From a virus (Duplodnaviria; Heunggongvirae; Uroviricota; Caudoviricetes), in IMG/VR virus record IMGVR_UViG_3300036828_000767, positions 53,516 to 117,515 of that record: a DNA stretch of 64,000 nt, one strand, 5' to 3'. This document shows positions 16,560-25,760 of the stretch, in pieces. Position numbers and translations under genes: made by a program. Below the pieces are notes generated by a model, which searched no databases, was not told the DNA's origin, and was given only the letters and a program-made list of their open reading frames with translations. Every line of letters starts with the position of its first letter. The stretch's first letter is position 1.

Positions 16560-17032
16560 CCGCACTCGGCGCTAAGCAGTATCAGGTCGGCGAAGACGAC
16601 GACGGCCCGCTGTTCATCACCCTCAAACCGGCCTCCGCAGAATCGGTCGCCACTGTGCTGGCGGCAAGCGAAGGCGACCCGGAAGGCCGCAGCGAATGGT
16701 TGTGGGTCCGGTTGCCCGACGGCGGCCTGGTCCTCGGCGTCTACCCGCAAAGCGACACCTACATGGCCACCGAACACGACCACTCCACACCCATCGACGT
16801 GCCCGTCACGGAACACTGCGGCGGGAACCACCGCGCGTCTCCCGGCAAGGGGCATGCGTGGATGCAAGACGGCCACCGGCTGTGGTGCCCCGGCAGGGCG
16901 AAGGTGTACTGCGACCAGCACTGCGGCGCCTTCTACGAACCGGACAGAACGAACCCGGCCGAGGTACTCGCCGCCATGGACCATTGGAGCACCCATTCCG
17001 CCGACGACGGCTGCGCCCACGAAGGACCATGA
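16556..17032 (+). CDS. hypothetical protein (158 aa)
   Basis: ATGA coupling; ORF-track ORF. Confidence 0.5.
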   Translation: MTALGAKQYQVGEDDDGPLFITLKPASAESVATVLAASEGDPEGRSEWLWVRLPDGGLVLGVYPQSDTYMATEHDHSTPIDVPVTEHCGGNHRASPGKGHAWMQDGHRLWCPGRAKVYCDQHCGAFYEPDRTNPAEVLAAMDHWSTHSADDGCAHEGP

Positions 17033-17217
17033 GCGGGAAAGACCGGACGCTCACCTGGCACGCCCAGTTGCTCGGCCGCGGCCCATACTTCATGCCGCCA
17101 GGCGAGTACATGGCACGCTGGGACGCGGCCGACGCCCCCACCGACCACGAACTCGTCACCGACCACAGCCGCTGCCAGGGCTTCTGGCCAGAATGCAAGG
17201 AGGCACCACATGCGTAG
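17029..17217 (+). CDS. hypothetical protein
   Basis: ATGA coupling. Confidence 0.4.
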   Translation: MSGKDRTLTWHAQLLGRGPYFMPPGEYMARWDAADAPTDHELVTDHSRCQGFWPECKEAPHA

Positions 17218-17338
17218 GTCACCCTGGCTGGTGATTGCGGCCAGTGCCGTGGCACTGGTGGTAGTGCTCGTGCTCGCACCGTTCGTGGCACTGTTCACCC
17301 ACTGGCAGGAATACAGGAAAAAGCGTTACGCCAAGTAA
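17210..17338 (+). CDS. small membrane protein (42 aa)
   Basis: RBS caaggagg; single TM helix. Confidence 0.4.
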   Translation: MRRSPWLVIAASAVALVVVLVLAPFVALFTHWQEYRKKRYAK

Positions 17339-17345
17339 AGGAGGC

Positions 17346-17573
17346 ATGATGCGAGGCCCCAGTTGCTGCGACAAAATACCGCCCGCTGACCACGTCCCAG
17401 GCGAACGACGCATCAAAGCCCACCGCTACGAAGACTGGGGCCTGGACTACCGGCACTGGATATGCGGCCACGACCACCTGTGCCGCATCTACGTGTGCAC
17501 CAGGGAGCTGCGGCCCGCCCAAGGCGGCGGGATATGCGGCCGGGAAAAAGCCGTCCGCGAGGAGGCGTCATGA
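17346..17573 (+). CDS. Cys-rich small protein
   Basis: RBS aaaggagg. Confidence 0.45.
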   Translation: MMRGPSCCDKIPPADHVPGERRIKAHRYEDWGLDYRHWICGHDHLCRIYVCTRELRPAQGGGICGREKAVREEAS

Positions 17574-18154
17574 ACTACAAGGCGAGAGCCAAATACGGCG
17601 GATATCCCTACCGTCCGGCAAGACCCAGCCCAACAAAGGTGGCATATATGTGCGACAACTGGCTGCCAGCCAAACCCACGCCCAGCATCGCCGGGAGCGT
17701 CCGCGCCACCGACATCGACCGGGACCAGACCGCCGACCGGCTGCGGGATAGTTACAGCCGCGGCGCTATCAGCAAGGCCGAGTACGACATTCGGCTGGAC
17801 ACGACGTTCGCCGCGGAAACCGTCGCCTCGTTGCAGTCTCTCGTCCGCGACCTGCCCGTCTACCGGCCCACGGTTTCCGTTCCGACGGTCACCGTGCAGC
17901 GGCGTCCGTCGTTCAAGCCTGCGGGGTGGCGGATAGCCGGCGCCCTGCTGCCCGCTGCCGTGCCCGCAGCGTTGCTGTGGTACGGCGCCACAAGCAACGG
18001 CTTCGCCGTATACCCGGGCACCGCGCAGGTGACAGCCGCCGCGGGTGGTGTAGTCACCGCCATCTTCTGGGCGATATGGTTCGCCCTGTTCACCTGCCTC
18101 TCAGTCGTCCCAGCCATCGGAAGGTACCGCCGGGAACTCGCCCGCCGGAACTGA
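17570..18154 (+). CDS. DUF1707 (SHOCT-like) domain membrane protein
   Basis: ATDIDRDQTADRLRDSYSRGAISKAEYDIRLD matches DUF1707 signature; C-terminal TM helices. Confidence 0.5.
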   Translation: MNYKARAKYGGYPYRPARPSPTKVAYMCDNWLPAKPTPSIAGSVRATDIDRDQTADRLRDSYSRGAISKAEYDIRLDTTFAAETVASLQSLVRDLPVYRPTVSVPTVTVQRRPSFKPAGWRIAGALLPAAVPAALLWYGATSNGFAVYPGTAQVTAAAGGVVTAIFWAIWFALFTCLSVVPAIGRYRRELARRN

Positions 18155-18163
18155 GGAGGAGTT

Positions 18164-18394
18164 ATGCCGTACTACCGCAACGTCATCAAGGTGGAAATCC
18201 TGTCCGATGTGCCGCTGCCTGACTCTCCGGCCTTTGACCTGGTGGCTGTGCACCAGGAAATCATGTTCGGCGGGTCATCCGGCCAGGTGACACGCCCCGT
18301 GTTCAACGAAGAAGTGCCCGCTGAGCGGATGGCCGAACTGCTCACCGCCCAGGGCAGCGACCTGTCATTCCTTCTGGGCGACCGCGATGAGTAA
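18164..18394 (+). CDS. hypothetical protein
   Basis: RBS gaggaggag. Confidence 0.45.
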   Translation: MPYYRNVIKVEILSDVPLPDSPAFDLVAVHQEIMFGGSSGQVTRPVFNEEVPAERMAELLTAQGSDLSFLLGDRDE

Positions 18395-18758
18395 CGTCCA
18401 GGCCGTGGAAATCGTCGCCGACGTGCCGTTCAACTACCTCGACTACGACAGCGAAATCAGCGCCGAAGACATCGCGTTCCTCGGCGCCTCGCTGCTGTCA
18501 CCGTCCATCGGGCTCACCTACGCCTACCAGTGCATCGGCGACATCCCGAACAGCCACGGCGGGCATACCATGATGTACCGCCTCACCATCAGCGGGCAGG
18601 AAGCCCTCGCAGGACCGTACCTGGAACGGCTCGCCCTCATCCTGAAGTGTTGCAGCCCGCATGCGCGCCTGCACACCGCCCGTGCCAGGGACCTGGAGTT
18701 CTCACCCAACGAGCCGTGGCGCAACGTCGTAGACGCCGCGGAACTCGACCGCAACTAG
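18387..18758 (+). CDS. hypothetical protein
   Basis: 8-nt overlap. Confidence 0.45.
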   Translation: MSNVQAVEIVADVPFNYLDYDSEISAEDIAFLGASLLSPSIGLTYAYQCIGDIPNSHGGHTMMYRLTISGQEALAGPYLERLALILKCCSPHARLHTARARDLEFSPNEPWRNVVDAAELDRN

Positions 18759-18815
18759 CCCACCACCGGCTTCGCCGACTACGGCGCCGCCAACAACCAG
18801 AAAAGGGAAAATGCC

Positions 18816-19340
18816 ATGAAGAAGTTCCTGCGGCGTGAATGGATGCTCGCCCTCGGCCTGACACTGATCCTCGCGGGCCTGGCAGCAGCCGTCCTCACCG
18901 GTTGCAGTACCCAGCCCAGTCACCCATCCGCCGCGGCGAGCACGCCTGCCGCTGTTGCGACGGCGACCGCCGCGCCGCCTGCCCCGCCATCTTCACCTGC
19001 GCCGCCGCCTGCGCCTGTGTTCACCGCGGCGCAGCAGCAGGTGCTCGACTCCGCCCAGGGTTACCTCACCGACGGGCAGGGGTTCTCCAAGGCGGGGCTG
19101 ATGAAGCAGCTCACGTCGTCGTTCGGCGAGGGCTTCTCCCGGAAGCTGGCCAAGTTCGCGCTGGCCAACCTCGCGGTGAACTGGAACCACCAGGCTGTCC
19201 TGTCCGCCAGGGGTTACGTGCAAAGCGGGCAGGGCTTCTCCTACACCGGGCTGGTACAGCAGTTGGAGTCGCCTTACGGCGAGCAGTTCACCCCCGGGCA
19301 GGCGCAACACGGTGCCAGCGTCGCGCTCGGCCAGGGTTAA
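18816..19340 (+). CDS. Ltp-like host-cell-surface lipoprotein (superinfection-exclusion family)
   Basis: Lipobox LTGC; two repeats of Q..L.SAQGY...GQGFS..GL..QL....GE.F (Ltp repeat). Confidence 0.5.
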   Translation: MKKFLRREWMLALGLTLILAGLAAAVLTGCSTQPSHPSAAASTPAAVATATAAPPAPPSSPAPPPAPVFTAAQQQVLDSAQGYLTDGQGFSKAGLMKQLTSSFGEGFSRKLAKFALANLAVNWNHQAVLSARGYVQSGQGFSYTGLVQQLESPYGEQFTPGQAQHGASVALGQG

Positions 19341-19343
19341 GCC

Positions 19344-19595
19344 ATGCCGGAATCCATGACTACCGTCGTCCGCCAGTGGCTGCTGCGGTTCGAGGAAGAA
19401 CACCACCACGAAATCGACGCCGCAGAAGAGGCAGCACTGTCACGGGTACGGGCACTCATCAGCAGGTACCCCGAACCGGACGGCAACAGGCACGAACACG
19501 CCGACGGCACCAAGCACTCGCACAGGTTCGGCACAGTCCCGCATATCCACGACCCGGCGACGGGCAACGTCATACCCGACCCGCCGGAGAAATAG
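19344..19595 (+). CDS. His-rich hypothetical protein
   Basis: ORF-track ORF. Confidence 0.45.
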   Translation: MPESMTTVVRQWLLRFEEEHHHEIDAAEEAALSRVRALISRYPEPDGNRHEHADGTKHSHRFGTVPHIHDPATGNVIPDPPEK

Positions 19596-19597
19596 CC

Positions 19598-19786
19598 ATG
19601 TACGAGTACCACATGATCCAGTTCAAGGTCCCTGGCGGGGACTGGGAAGACTGGATGTCGCTGCCCTGGTTCGGCGTGCCGGGCCGCCAAGCCGAAGCCA
19701 TGGCTATCGCCCGTGGCAACGAGGAAAACCCGGGCATGGAGTACCGGATGGTCCGCCGGAGCGAGGAGGTGCTCGATGATGTCTAA
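19598..19786 (+). CDS. hypothetical protein
   Basis: RBS-less close spacing; tail of ORF 18839..19786. Confidence 0.4.
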   Translation: MYEYHMIQFKVPGGDWEDWMSLPWFGVPGRQAEAMAIARGNEENPGMEYRMVRRSEEVLDDV

Positions 19787-20780
19787 GCCGGTGAACGGGC
19801 ACATGTCCCTGTTGTGCAAGCTGCAACAGGGACGCACGCATCCGCCGTGCCATTCGGGTACTTGCGACGGGCACGGCAGCGGCGAGCTGTGCGGCCGACC
19901 GTGTGAGTGTGAGTGCCACGAGTACGAGCGTCACGAGTACGTGCCTGCACCGATAGCGCTCAGCCGCCTGCGTGATTGGGCACTGGCTGAGGTGGAGTTG
20001 GTGAAAGCCAACCCGGCGCAGTCGCAAACCATCCGGGCGGTGCTGCACAGGATGCACACCTTCGCCGGGAAACCTGCCGACCCCAAATGGTGCCCCAACT
20101 GCGCCAATATGGCCTCAGCGGGTCTGGGCTGGCGCCCGGCGCCGCCTCGCAGCGCGGTGGTCTACGAAGTCGCCGGTGAGCCCGGCACGTGGCGTATCCG
20201 TGCGCAGAAGCAGCCGGAGGAACCGGGCTGGGTTGGCGGCCGGGTGCTGTGGGGGCATGACCAGCCCACCGAGGAACTGGCCTGGGCGATCGCCAACGCC
20301 TGGATCAACGACGGGCAGCTCCCCGCCGACAACCCGCCGTATCCACATTCGGGTCTCGACAACCAGGGCATTGGCCATGTAGATATTCGCGGACAGACAG
20401 GTACCAACGACTACGGCGGCTCCCTCGCCACCTGCACCTGCGACTACCAGCCGGGCCGGTGGCCGCACCGCGACTGGTGCCCGGTGATCACCGGTGTCGC
20501 GAGCAGTCGGCCGCCGGAGAACTTCTGTTCGGTGTGCGGGCCGCTCGACCAGCCCGGCGCACACACACAGCCGGACTGTCCCCGGTACGTCGTCTACCAC
20601 CTGACCGGGCAGCAGGTAGGGCCGTGCCTGCGGTGCGGCGTTGACCCGGAAAATGCGGAGAACGATTCCATGTGGACCGGGCTACCTGAGGAGGCAACCT
20701 GCCTGTGGACCGGGCCGCCGGAGACTGAACCGCAAGAACACAACTGCGCGCCTGGCGAATGCCCAGGCCACGACTGGTAA
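19776..20780 (+). CDS. Cys-rich multi-zinc-ribbon-like protein (334 aa)
   Basis: RBS gaggagg; many CxxC pairs. Confidence 0.5.
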   Translation: MMSKPVNGHMSLLCKLQQGRTHPPCHSGTCDGHGSGELCGRPCECECHEYERHEYVPAPIALSRLRDWALAEVELVKANPAQSQTIRAVLHRMHTFAGKPADPKWCPNCANMASAGLGWRPAPPRSAVVYEVAGEPGTWRIRAQKQPEEPGWVGGRVLWGHDQPTEELAWAIANAWINDGQLPADNPPYPHSGLDNQGIGHVDIRGQTGTNDYGGSLATCTCDYQPGRWPHRDWCPVITGVASSRPPENFCSVCGPLDQPGAHTQPDCPRYVVYHLTGQQVGPCLRCGVDPENAENDSMWTGLPEEATCLWTGPPETEPQEHNCAPGECPGHDW

Positions 20781-20792
20781 AGGAGCCACGCC

Positions 20793-21035
20793 ATGAAGTT
20801 TGTTCTCAGCGTCGGCAACATACAGGCCGGCACGTTCGGCGAAGACGAAATCGCCGAGATCATCCACGAGCGCCTGGAAGGTATGAGCCCAGGCGACCAG
20901 TTCACCGTCCGGGCGGTACGTGGAGAAAGTGCCCCGTTCGAGGGGGACGCTGAACATGCGGCGCTGATGGCCAGGTCTCTCGCCGCGAAGGTGTCGCCGG
21001 AGGAGTGGCACCAGATGGGCGGGGCCGGAAAGTGA
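20793..21035 (+). CDS. hypothetical protein
   Basis: RBS aaaggag. Confidence 0.5.
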   Translation: MKFVLSVGNIQAGTFGEDEIAEIIHERLEGMSPGDQFTVRAVRGESAPFEGDAEHAALMARSLAAKVSPEEWHQMGGAGK

Positions 21036-21169
21036 GTACCCACGTGGTGCTCGCGTTCCTAGCCCATCATCATCCTGTTGGCGAACCAGCAGACGGCGGC
21101 GCGGTACTGGGCCTATGCGCCCTCGTGCTGATCTTCTTGCTCATCGCGGGCGGGAAGAAAAAGAAGTAG
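21032..21169 (+). CDS. 45-aa TM peptide
   Basis: GTGA coupling; ends at the terminator. Confidence 0.25.
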   Translation: MSTHVVLAFLAHHHPVGEPADGGAVLGLCALVLIFLLIAGGKKKK

Positions 21170-21215
21170 CCCCGCCCGGGAGTTGAACACCCAGCCGGGC
21201 GGGGCTATGCTCTTG
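21169..21215 (+). terminator. intrinsic terminator (11-bp perfect GC stem gccccgcccgg / ccgggcggggc)
   Basis: Hairpin followed by T-rich tatgctcttgctc; followed by ~430 bp without credible ORFs. Confidence 0.5.
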
Positions 21216-21256
21216 CTCAGCTACTAGCAATGTCTGAATGCTACCGCACCAGCGCC

Positions 21257-21267
21257 TGGTATACAAC
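21257..21267 (+). promoter_or_regulatory. promoter-like variant tggTATACAac
   Basis: Degenerate family member inside the 21215-21640 noncoding stretch. Confidence 0.25.
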
Positions 21268-21644
21268 AACTCCGGGCGGACTGGCAGGGTAACTCGTCCC
21301 GGTTCGCCCCACAGGGTTTCTGCCTGCCCAGGCTGTCACAACCCTGAAGGCGAAGCCGAAGGGGGGTGGGCGGGCAATACGGGAAGTCCCTCAAAAAATC
21401 CGGTGGAACCGGCTCACGGTGGTCTGCCCGTGGCTGCTGCCTGGTGTCCTTCAACAGCGGCACCAACGACCAGTGTGGTTACCCACCTGCACAACCTCAG
21501 GAGGAAGGCAGAAAAAATTGGAAACGTTGATGTTCGGGCCGCAGGGGATCGGCACTTGGCCCCACTGGCACCACGACAACAAGCGTGGCTGGTACCCGTG
21601 CTACCAGGATCACCGGCCGGGCAAGAGGAAAGGAAGTGGATGAT

Positions 21645-21812
21645 ATGGCAAAACCAAAATTCGTGCCGAATGGTGCGTGGCTGTTGGTTCTGCTGGGCTT
21701 GGCGGTGTGCGTGTTCGCGGTGGTGGAGCCGTGGACCCGTTCGGCGCCAGTTTCGCTGGCGTACACCGCACTCGTGGTGTACTACTACGTGGTGAGGAGG
21801 CGGCGCCGGTGA
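21645..21812 (+). CDS. small membrane protein (55 aa)
   Basis: RBS agaggaaaggaag. Confidence 0.4.
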   Translation: MAKPKFVPNGAWLLVLLGLAVCVFAVVEPWTRSAPVSLAYTALVVYYYVVRRRRR

Positions 21813-22072
21813 CGGGACTTGGTCCTGGCCAGGAGACCGGCGACGTGATGGGGCCGCCGCCGTATGAGCGCAGGCTCAGTGAGCGCCCGCAGGACCGGGA
21901 GGAGTTCGACGGCTGGCTGTCGGGCATCCTGTTCCGCAGTCGTCCTGGCGGTGACTACCGGATTCCCTGGATTTTCGCCAGCCCCGCCCGGCGGCGTGAG
22001 CTGCGCCGGGACTGGGAGCGCATTGTTCGCTCTCACGCCGGGCGTATCTATGAACTTGGCCGCAGGCCATGA
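21809..22072 (+). CDS. hypothetical protein
   Basis: GTGA coupling, RBS gaggagg; alternative ATG 21848. Confidence 0.4.
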   Translation: MTGLGPGQETGDVMGPPPYERRLSERPQDREEFDGWLSGILFRSRPGGDYRIPWIFASPARRRELRRDWERIVRSHAGRIYELGRRP

Positions 22073-22245
22073 GGCTCTGGCGGAATGTGTGGGCTGGCGA
22101 GTGGGCGCAGCAACTGCGTGAGCGTGTGCCTGGCCGGGAAGATGAGGGTACTGGTGCCGAACAGGGCATTAAGCCCAGCTTGATCTTGCAGGCACGCCGG
22201 GCACGTGAGAGCAAACGGCTAAGGCGTGCGAGGCGGCGGCGGTGA
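22069..22245 (+). CDS. small basic protein (58 aa)
   Basis: ATGA coupling. Confidence 0.3.
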   Translation: MRLWRNVWAGEWAQQLRERVPGREDEGTGAEQGIKPSLILQARRARESKRLRRARRRR

Positions 22246-22532
22246 AGCAGCCCGGGGAAATGACGGACATTGACCTGCTGACCGTGTGGCTTCGGCGGCG
22301 CCGGGAAGCGGGGGATAGGCAGTTGACCCGTTCGGCTGCTGTCGAGGTGCGGCATGTGTGCTTGTACGCCAAGCAGCAGCTAGAACAGTTGCGTACTGAG
22401 GTGCTACACCCCGGCGTCATGCCTGGCCATGTCGTCATCGAGTTGCGGGGTGTAATTGCCGACTTGGAGAGCTTGACTGCTTACATCGAGACTGGCAAGG
22501 GCGGCGGGTTCTCCGCGCTGAAGGCCAAATGA
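22242..22532 (+). CDS. hypothetical protein
   Basis: GTGA coupling; ORF-track ORF. Confidence 0.4.
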   Translation: MKQPGEMTDIDLLTVWLRRRREAGDRQLTRSAAVEVRHVCLYAKQQLEQLRTEVLHPGVMPGHVVIELRGVIADLESLTAYIETGKGGGFSALKAK

Positions 22533-22536
22533 AAAC

Positions 22537-22782
22537 TTGCCCTCGGTGCGGTCACCGGGTGTGGCGTCGTCATTGCCCGGTGTGCGGGTGGACGCCGCGG
22601 TGAACAAAATCCGGCTCGAACTGGCTCCGCCGCCGTGCCCGGAGGTCAAAGATGGCCACCAGTGTGAACGCGGGCTGGGCCATCCTGGTGATGTCCACTG
22701 GTACACGGCGTGGACGCACAAGAATCAGTACGGCAGTTTCCCCAGCCACTCTGTGGAGTGGCGAACAGAAAGTGAGGCGTGA
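22537..22782 (+). CDS. hypothetical protein (competes with 24-aa zinc-ribbon micro-ORF 22529..22603)
   Basis: ORF-track ORF; both frames have acceptable GC3. Confidence 0.3.
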   Translation: MPSVRSPGVASSLPGVRVDAAVNKIRLELAPPPCPEVKDGHQCERGLGHPGDVHWYTAWTHKNQYGSFPSHSVEWRTESEA

Positions 22783-22853
22783 CATGACTGCACTTGGCAG
22801 TTGGAAGAACGTAACGGCGACCCCAGTGGGGGCTCGGCGGTTCGCCCTGGACG

Positions 22854-23699
22854 GTGAGTTTCCTGTACGGGCAAGGCTGGTGGCCGTACTACAGCAGCAG
22901 CCTGGTGGAACCGTCACCTGGCCCGTTCCACACAGCCGGGGCGGCGATGGAATACATCAACAACCTGATCGCGCACGCTACGGCGGCCAGAGACGAGAAG
23001 TTTCCGCCCAGTGCGGCATGCGGTGCGAAGGCAGCCCATTCGTTCCATGTGTGGGGCGGCGGAAAATACCGCTGCCCGGGTATCTACTGCGATAACCGGT
23101 CCACGCACGCGCCGCATCGCGTGACGTTGCCAGGTGCTGACTGGTCTTGCCCTGGTGTGCCTTGGCCTGTGAAGCCCTGCCCTAACCGGGCGCCGCATCC
23201 CTCGCACAAGTGGGGCTGGTCGGACGGTTCTGATAGCAGGTACGAGTGCGCCGGTTTGGTGGTCGGGGAGAAAGCGCCGGCGAAGGAATGCCTCATCCAC
23301 GCAGGCATGAGCCCGACTTTGGCGGCGGACCGCCTTGGGCAGACACTCCCGGCGGATGAGCTGGCGAAGGTGCTGGCGGAACTGTACAACCGGCAGCCTG
23401 GCTGCTGGACGCTCGACACGGGCATGTCGCCGGAGCAGGTTGCCGAGCGTCTCATCGCTGCCATTGGGCAGGACGCCGCGAACAATGTGGCGTTCAAGAT
23501 TTACCACGCCGCACGGGGTGGGTCGTTCGCCCATGGGGACCGCGCAGGCTGGACCGGTGTGTGTGAGCGGCCGGAGAAGTGCCCGTGTCCGGCGGCGGGA
23601 GTATGGGGCGCTGGTTCTGTCATGCCCCGGGGTCATTATTGGCATTGGTCGGATAAGGCGCACACGTCCGGCTACCTCGCTCACACGACAGGTTACTGA
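22854..23699 (+). CDS. hypothetical protein (281 aa)
   Basis: GTG start; alternative ATG 22947. Confidence 0.45.
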   Translation: MSFLYGQGWWPYYSSSLVEPSPGPFHTAGAAMEYINNLIAHATAARDEKFPPSAACGAKAAHSFHVWGGGKYRCPGIYCDNRSTHAPHRVTLPGADWSCPGVPWPVKPCPNRAPHPSHKWGWSDGSDSRYECAGLVVGEKAPAKECLIHAGMSPTLAADRLGQTLPADELAKVLAELYNRQPGCWTLDTGMSPEQVAERLIAAIGQDAANNVAFKIYHAARGGSFAHGDRAGWTGVCERPEKCPCPAAGVWGAGSVMPRGHYWHWSDKAHTSGYLAHTTGY

Positions 23700-23743
23700 C
23701 CGGTAACATCAGTTTGGGGCACGTCTTCCGCTCGTCAACGCCA

Positions 23744-23756
23744 GGTAGTATACTGG
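23744..23756 (+). promoter_or_regulatory. extended -10 promoter-like motif ggtagTATACTgg plus conserved leader ..gtccaaaaccgggaggc..
   Basis: Upstream flank ggcacgtcttccgctcgt shared with 11821 copy; leader shared with 30330 copy. Confidence 0.5.
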
Positions 23757-23796
23757 GAACCTGCACCGGAAGACTGTCCAAAACCGGGAGGCTCAA

Positions 23797-23877
23797 ATGA
23801 CCATCCAGACACCCGAAGACGGCCTCGTCGAGCACCGCACACCCGTCCTGCCCGTCGTCGCGCACGCACGCCCATAA
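23797..23877 (+). CDS. 26-aa leader micro-ORF
   Basis: RBS gggagg of the conserved leader; ends 3 nt before next ATG. Confidence 0.25.
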   Translation: MTIQTPEDGLVEHRTPVLPVVAHARP

Positions 23878-23880
23878 GCC

Positions 23881-24132
23881 ATGACCGACGCGCGAACCGT
23901 TCCCGGCACCCCCGTCATCACCCAGGACGGCCTGCTCGGAATCGTCGTTGACGCCGACGGCACATTCGTGTCCGTCGTCACCTGGGAACTGGACACCGAA
24001 CCCGGTGTTTACGCCTACACACTCGCGGCGTTGCGCCTCGCAGTCAGCCACAGAGACTTCGCCGTCAGCCCGGAGATCATGACGGACATACTCCGCACAT
24101 TCGCCGCCGAACTCAACCGGAGGAAAACATGA
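23881..24132 (+). CDS. hypothetical protein
   Basis: ORF-track ORF. Confidence 0.5.
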   Translation: MTDARTVPGTPVITQDGLLGIVVDADGTFVSVVTWELDTEPGVYAYTLAALRLAVSHRDFAVSPEIMTDILRTFAAELNRRKT

Positions 24133-24644
24133 CCGGACGGCACGCACACACCGAGAACGCCCGCACCGTCGGCGGGGTCGCCTACACCGCGGCCGAGACC
24201 ATCACGCCGCGGCATGCCGGTGTACCACGACCCGGCGAGCACCGCTCACACCGCGGCCCCGAGAAGCCCACGGTGTGGCGGACACCTGCGGACGGCCCGC
24301 AGCGGCTCACCCGCGAGGAAGCCGAGCTGCTCATGCTCGGATGGCACAGCGAACACATGAACGACGCAGGCTGCTGCAACCCGGTCGATCCTTTCATCAC
24401 AGGCGGGCCGCTTCGGTGCGACGGGTTCGTGTACGCCCGGATCAGGGGCATGCACCACACCATGTTCGTGATGCCCATGCCGTACGACGCGAACGTCAGC
24501 ACCTACCAACGGTGGGCCGTCCTCGACATCCTCGACGACCTCGACGGCCGGCAACTACGCGAGGGTTTCGACGGGTACCACACCGCCCTCATGTTCGCCG
24601 CGGCGCAGTGCGCGGTGGACCTCGCCACAGAAACCGACAGGTAA
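24129..24644 (+). CDS. hypothetical protein
   Basis: ATGA coupling. Confidence 0.5.
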   Translation: MTGRHAHTENARTVGGVAYTAAETITPRHAGVPRPGEHRSHRGPEKPTVWRTPADGPQRLTREEAELLMLGWHSEHMNDAGCCNPVDPFITGGPLRCDGFVYARIRGMHHTMFVMPMPYDANVSTYQRWAVLDILDDLDGRQLREGFDGYHTALMFAAAQCAVDLATETDR

Positions 24645-24649
24645 GCCCG

Positions 24650-25033
24650 GTGCCCACGCAGAAGGAAATCCTCGCCGAGCACCGCGAGCTACTGGACCAG
24701 CAGTGGCATGAAAGGTGGCCGCACGGCCAGTGGACAGTCATCCACGGCGCAGGCCGGTACTGGATCGCCCACCAGGTCAGGCGGTCAACGTCCAGCACCC
24801 GGTGCCGGGCACGGAACGCCGTCTTCTACGGTCCGCCACTCTTTGGCGGCCATCCCATCCCTGATGGCAACATCTACGTCAGCGACTGGACGTTCTACCC
24901 GAGCCGCTGGTACGGCCAGCCGTGCAAGGTTGAGCACTGCGAAACCAAAGACGCCCTGCTGAAACGGCTGGTCAAGCTGGGCGTCCCCGCAGACGTCATC
25001 GAGAAGGTCCGCGCCTGGCGCGCAGAGCCTTAA
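24650..25033 (+). CDS. hypothetical protein
   Basis: GTG start 6 nt after upstream stop. Confidence 0.35.
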   Translation: MPTQKEILAEHRELLDQQWHERWPHGQWTVIHGAGRYWIAHQVRRSTSSTRCRARNAVFYGPPLFGGHPIPDGNIYVSDWTFYPSRWYGQPCKVEHCETKDALLKRLVKLGVPADVIEKVRAWRAEP

Positions 25034-25071
25034 CAACTACGAGCGGCATCCGCTCAACAGAAGGAGACACC

Positions 25072-25512
25072 ATGTCCAGGCAGCCTTACTACATCCCCAT
25101 GCCGCGCCGCGTCCGGTCACCGGAACACCACTGGCACCTCGGTGCCGCTGTTGTCATCCTCGCCATCCTCGGACTCATCCTCGTTGGCGTGGTGTCATGC
25201 AACCGGTTCGAGTACGGCACCGAGCACCTCGTCACATTCACCATCGCCTCCAAAGACGACCAGGCCAGCGGCAACAACCACAAGTACCTCATCTTCACCC
25301 GCGGCGGTCACACCTTCGAGGACACCGACGCCTACTTCCACGGCAAGCTGAACTCGTCCGACATCTACGCCGGGCTCCAGGTCGGCCACACCTACACCTG
25401 CGACGTGTACGGGTGGCGTAACCATGTCCTGTCGTCCTACCAGAACATCATCTGGTGCGCCGGTGTCGCCGGCGCCCCCGCCCATGTGCCCGGCACCCCC
25501 GTCCAGCAGTAG
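25072..25512 (+). CDS. membrane-anchored protein
   Basis: RBS agaaggagacacc; N-terminal TM helix. Confidence 0.5.
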   Translation: MSRQPYYIPMPRRVRSPEHHWHLGAAVVILAILGLILVGVVSCNRFEYGTEHLVTFTIASKDDQASGNNHKYLIFTRGGHTFEDTDAYFHGKLNSSDIYAGLQVGHTYTCDVYGWRNHVLSSYQNIIWCAGVAGAPAHVPGTPVQQ

Positions 25513-25515
25513 CCG

Positions 25516-25701
25516 ATGACCGGACACGTGGCGCTGGTAATGCTCGGCCTGATCCTCACGGTCGGCATCATCATCACCGTCATCCTCACCAAGATCGCCT
25601 TCTGGGTGCGGGACATACGCGCCTGGAGCGCCATCGAATACCTCGACCAGCACCCACCGGCCGGCATGCCCAGGCACGAGCACACCTGGCCACCGCAGTA
25701 A
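25516..25701 (+). CDS. small membrane protein
   Basis: Hydrophobic 30-aa stretch. Confidence 0.45.
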   Translation: MTGHVALVMLGLILTVGIIITVILTKIAFWVRDIRAWSAIEYLDQHPPAGMPRHEHTWPPQ

Positions 25702-25760
25702 CCCAATTCGCCAGGCCGCAGCGACCAAACAGCGGCAACAACCAAGGGAGTTGAACCACC

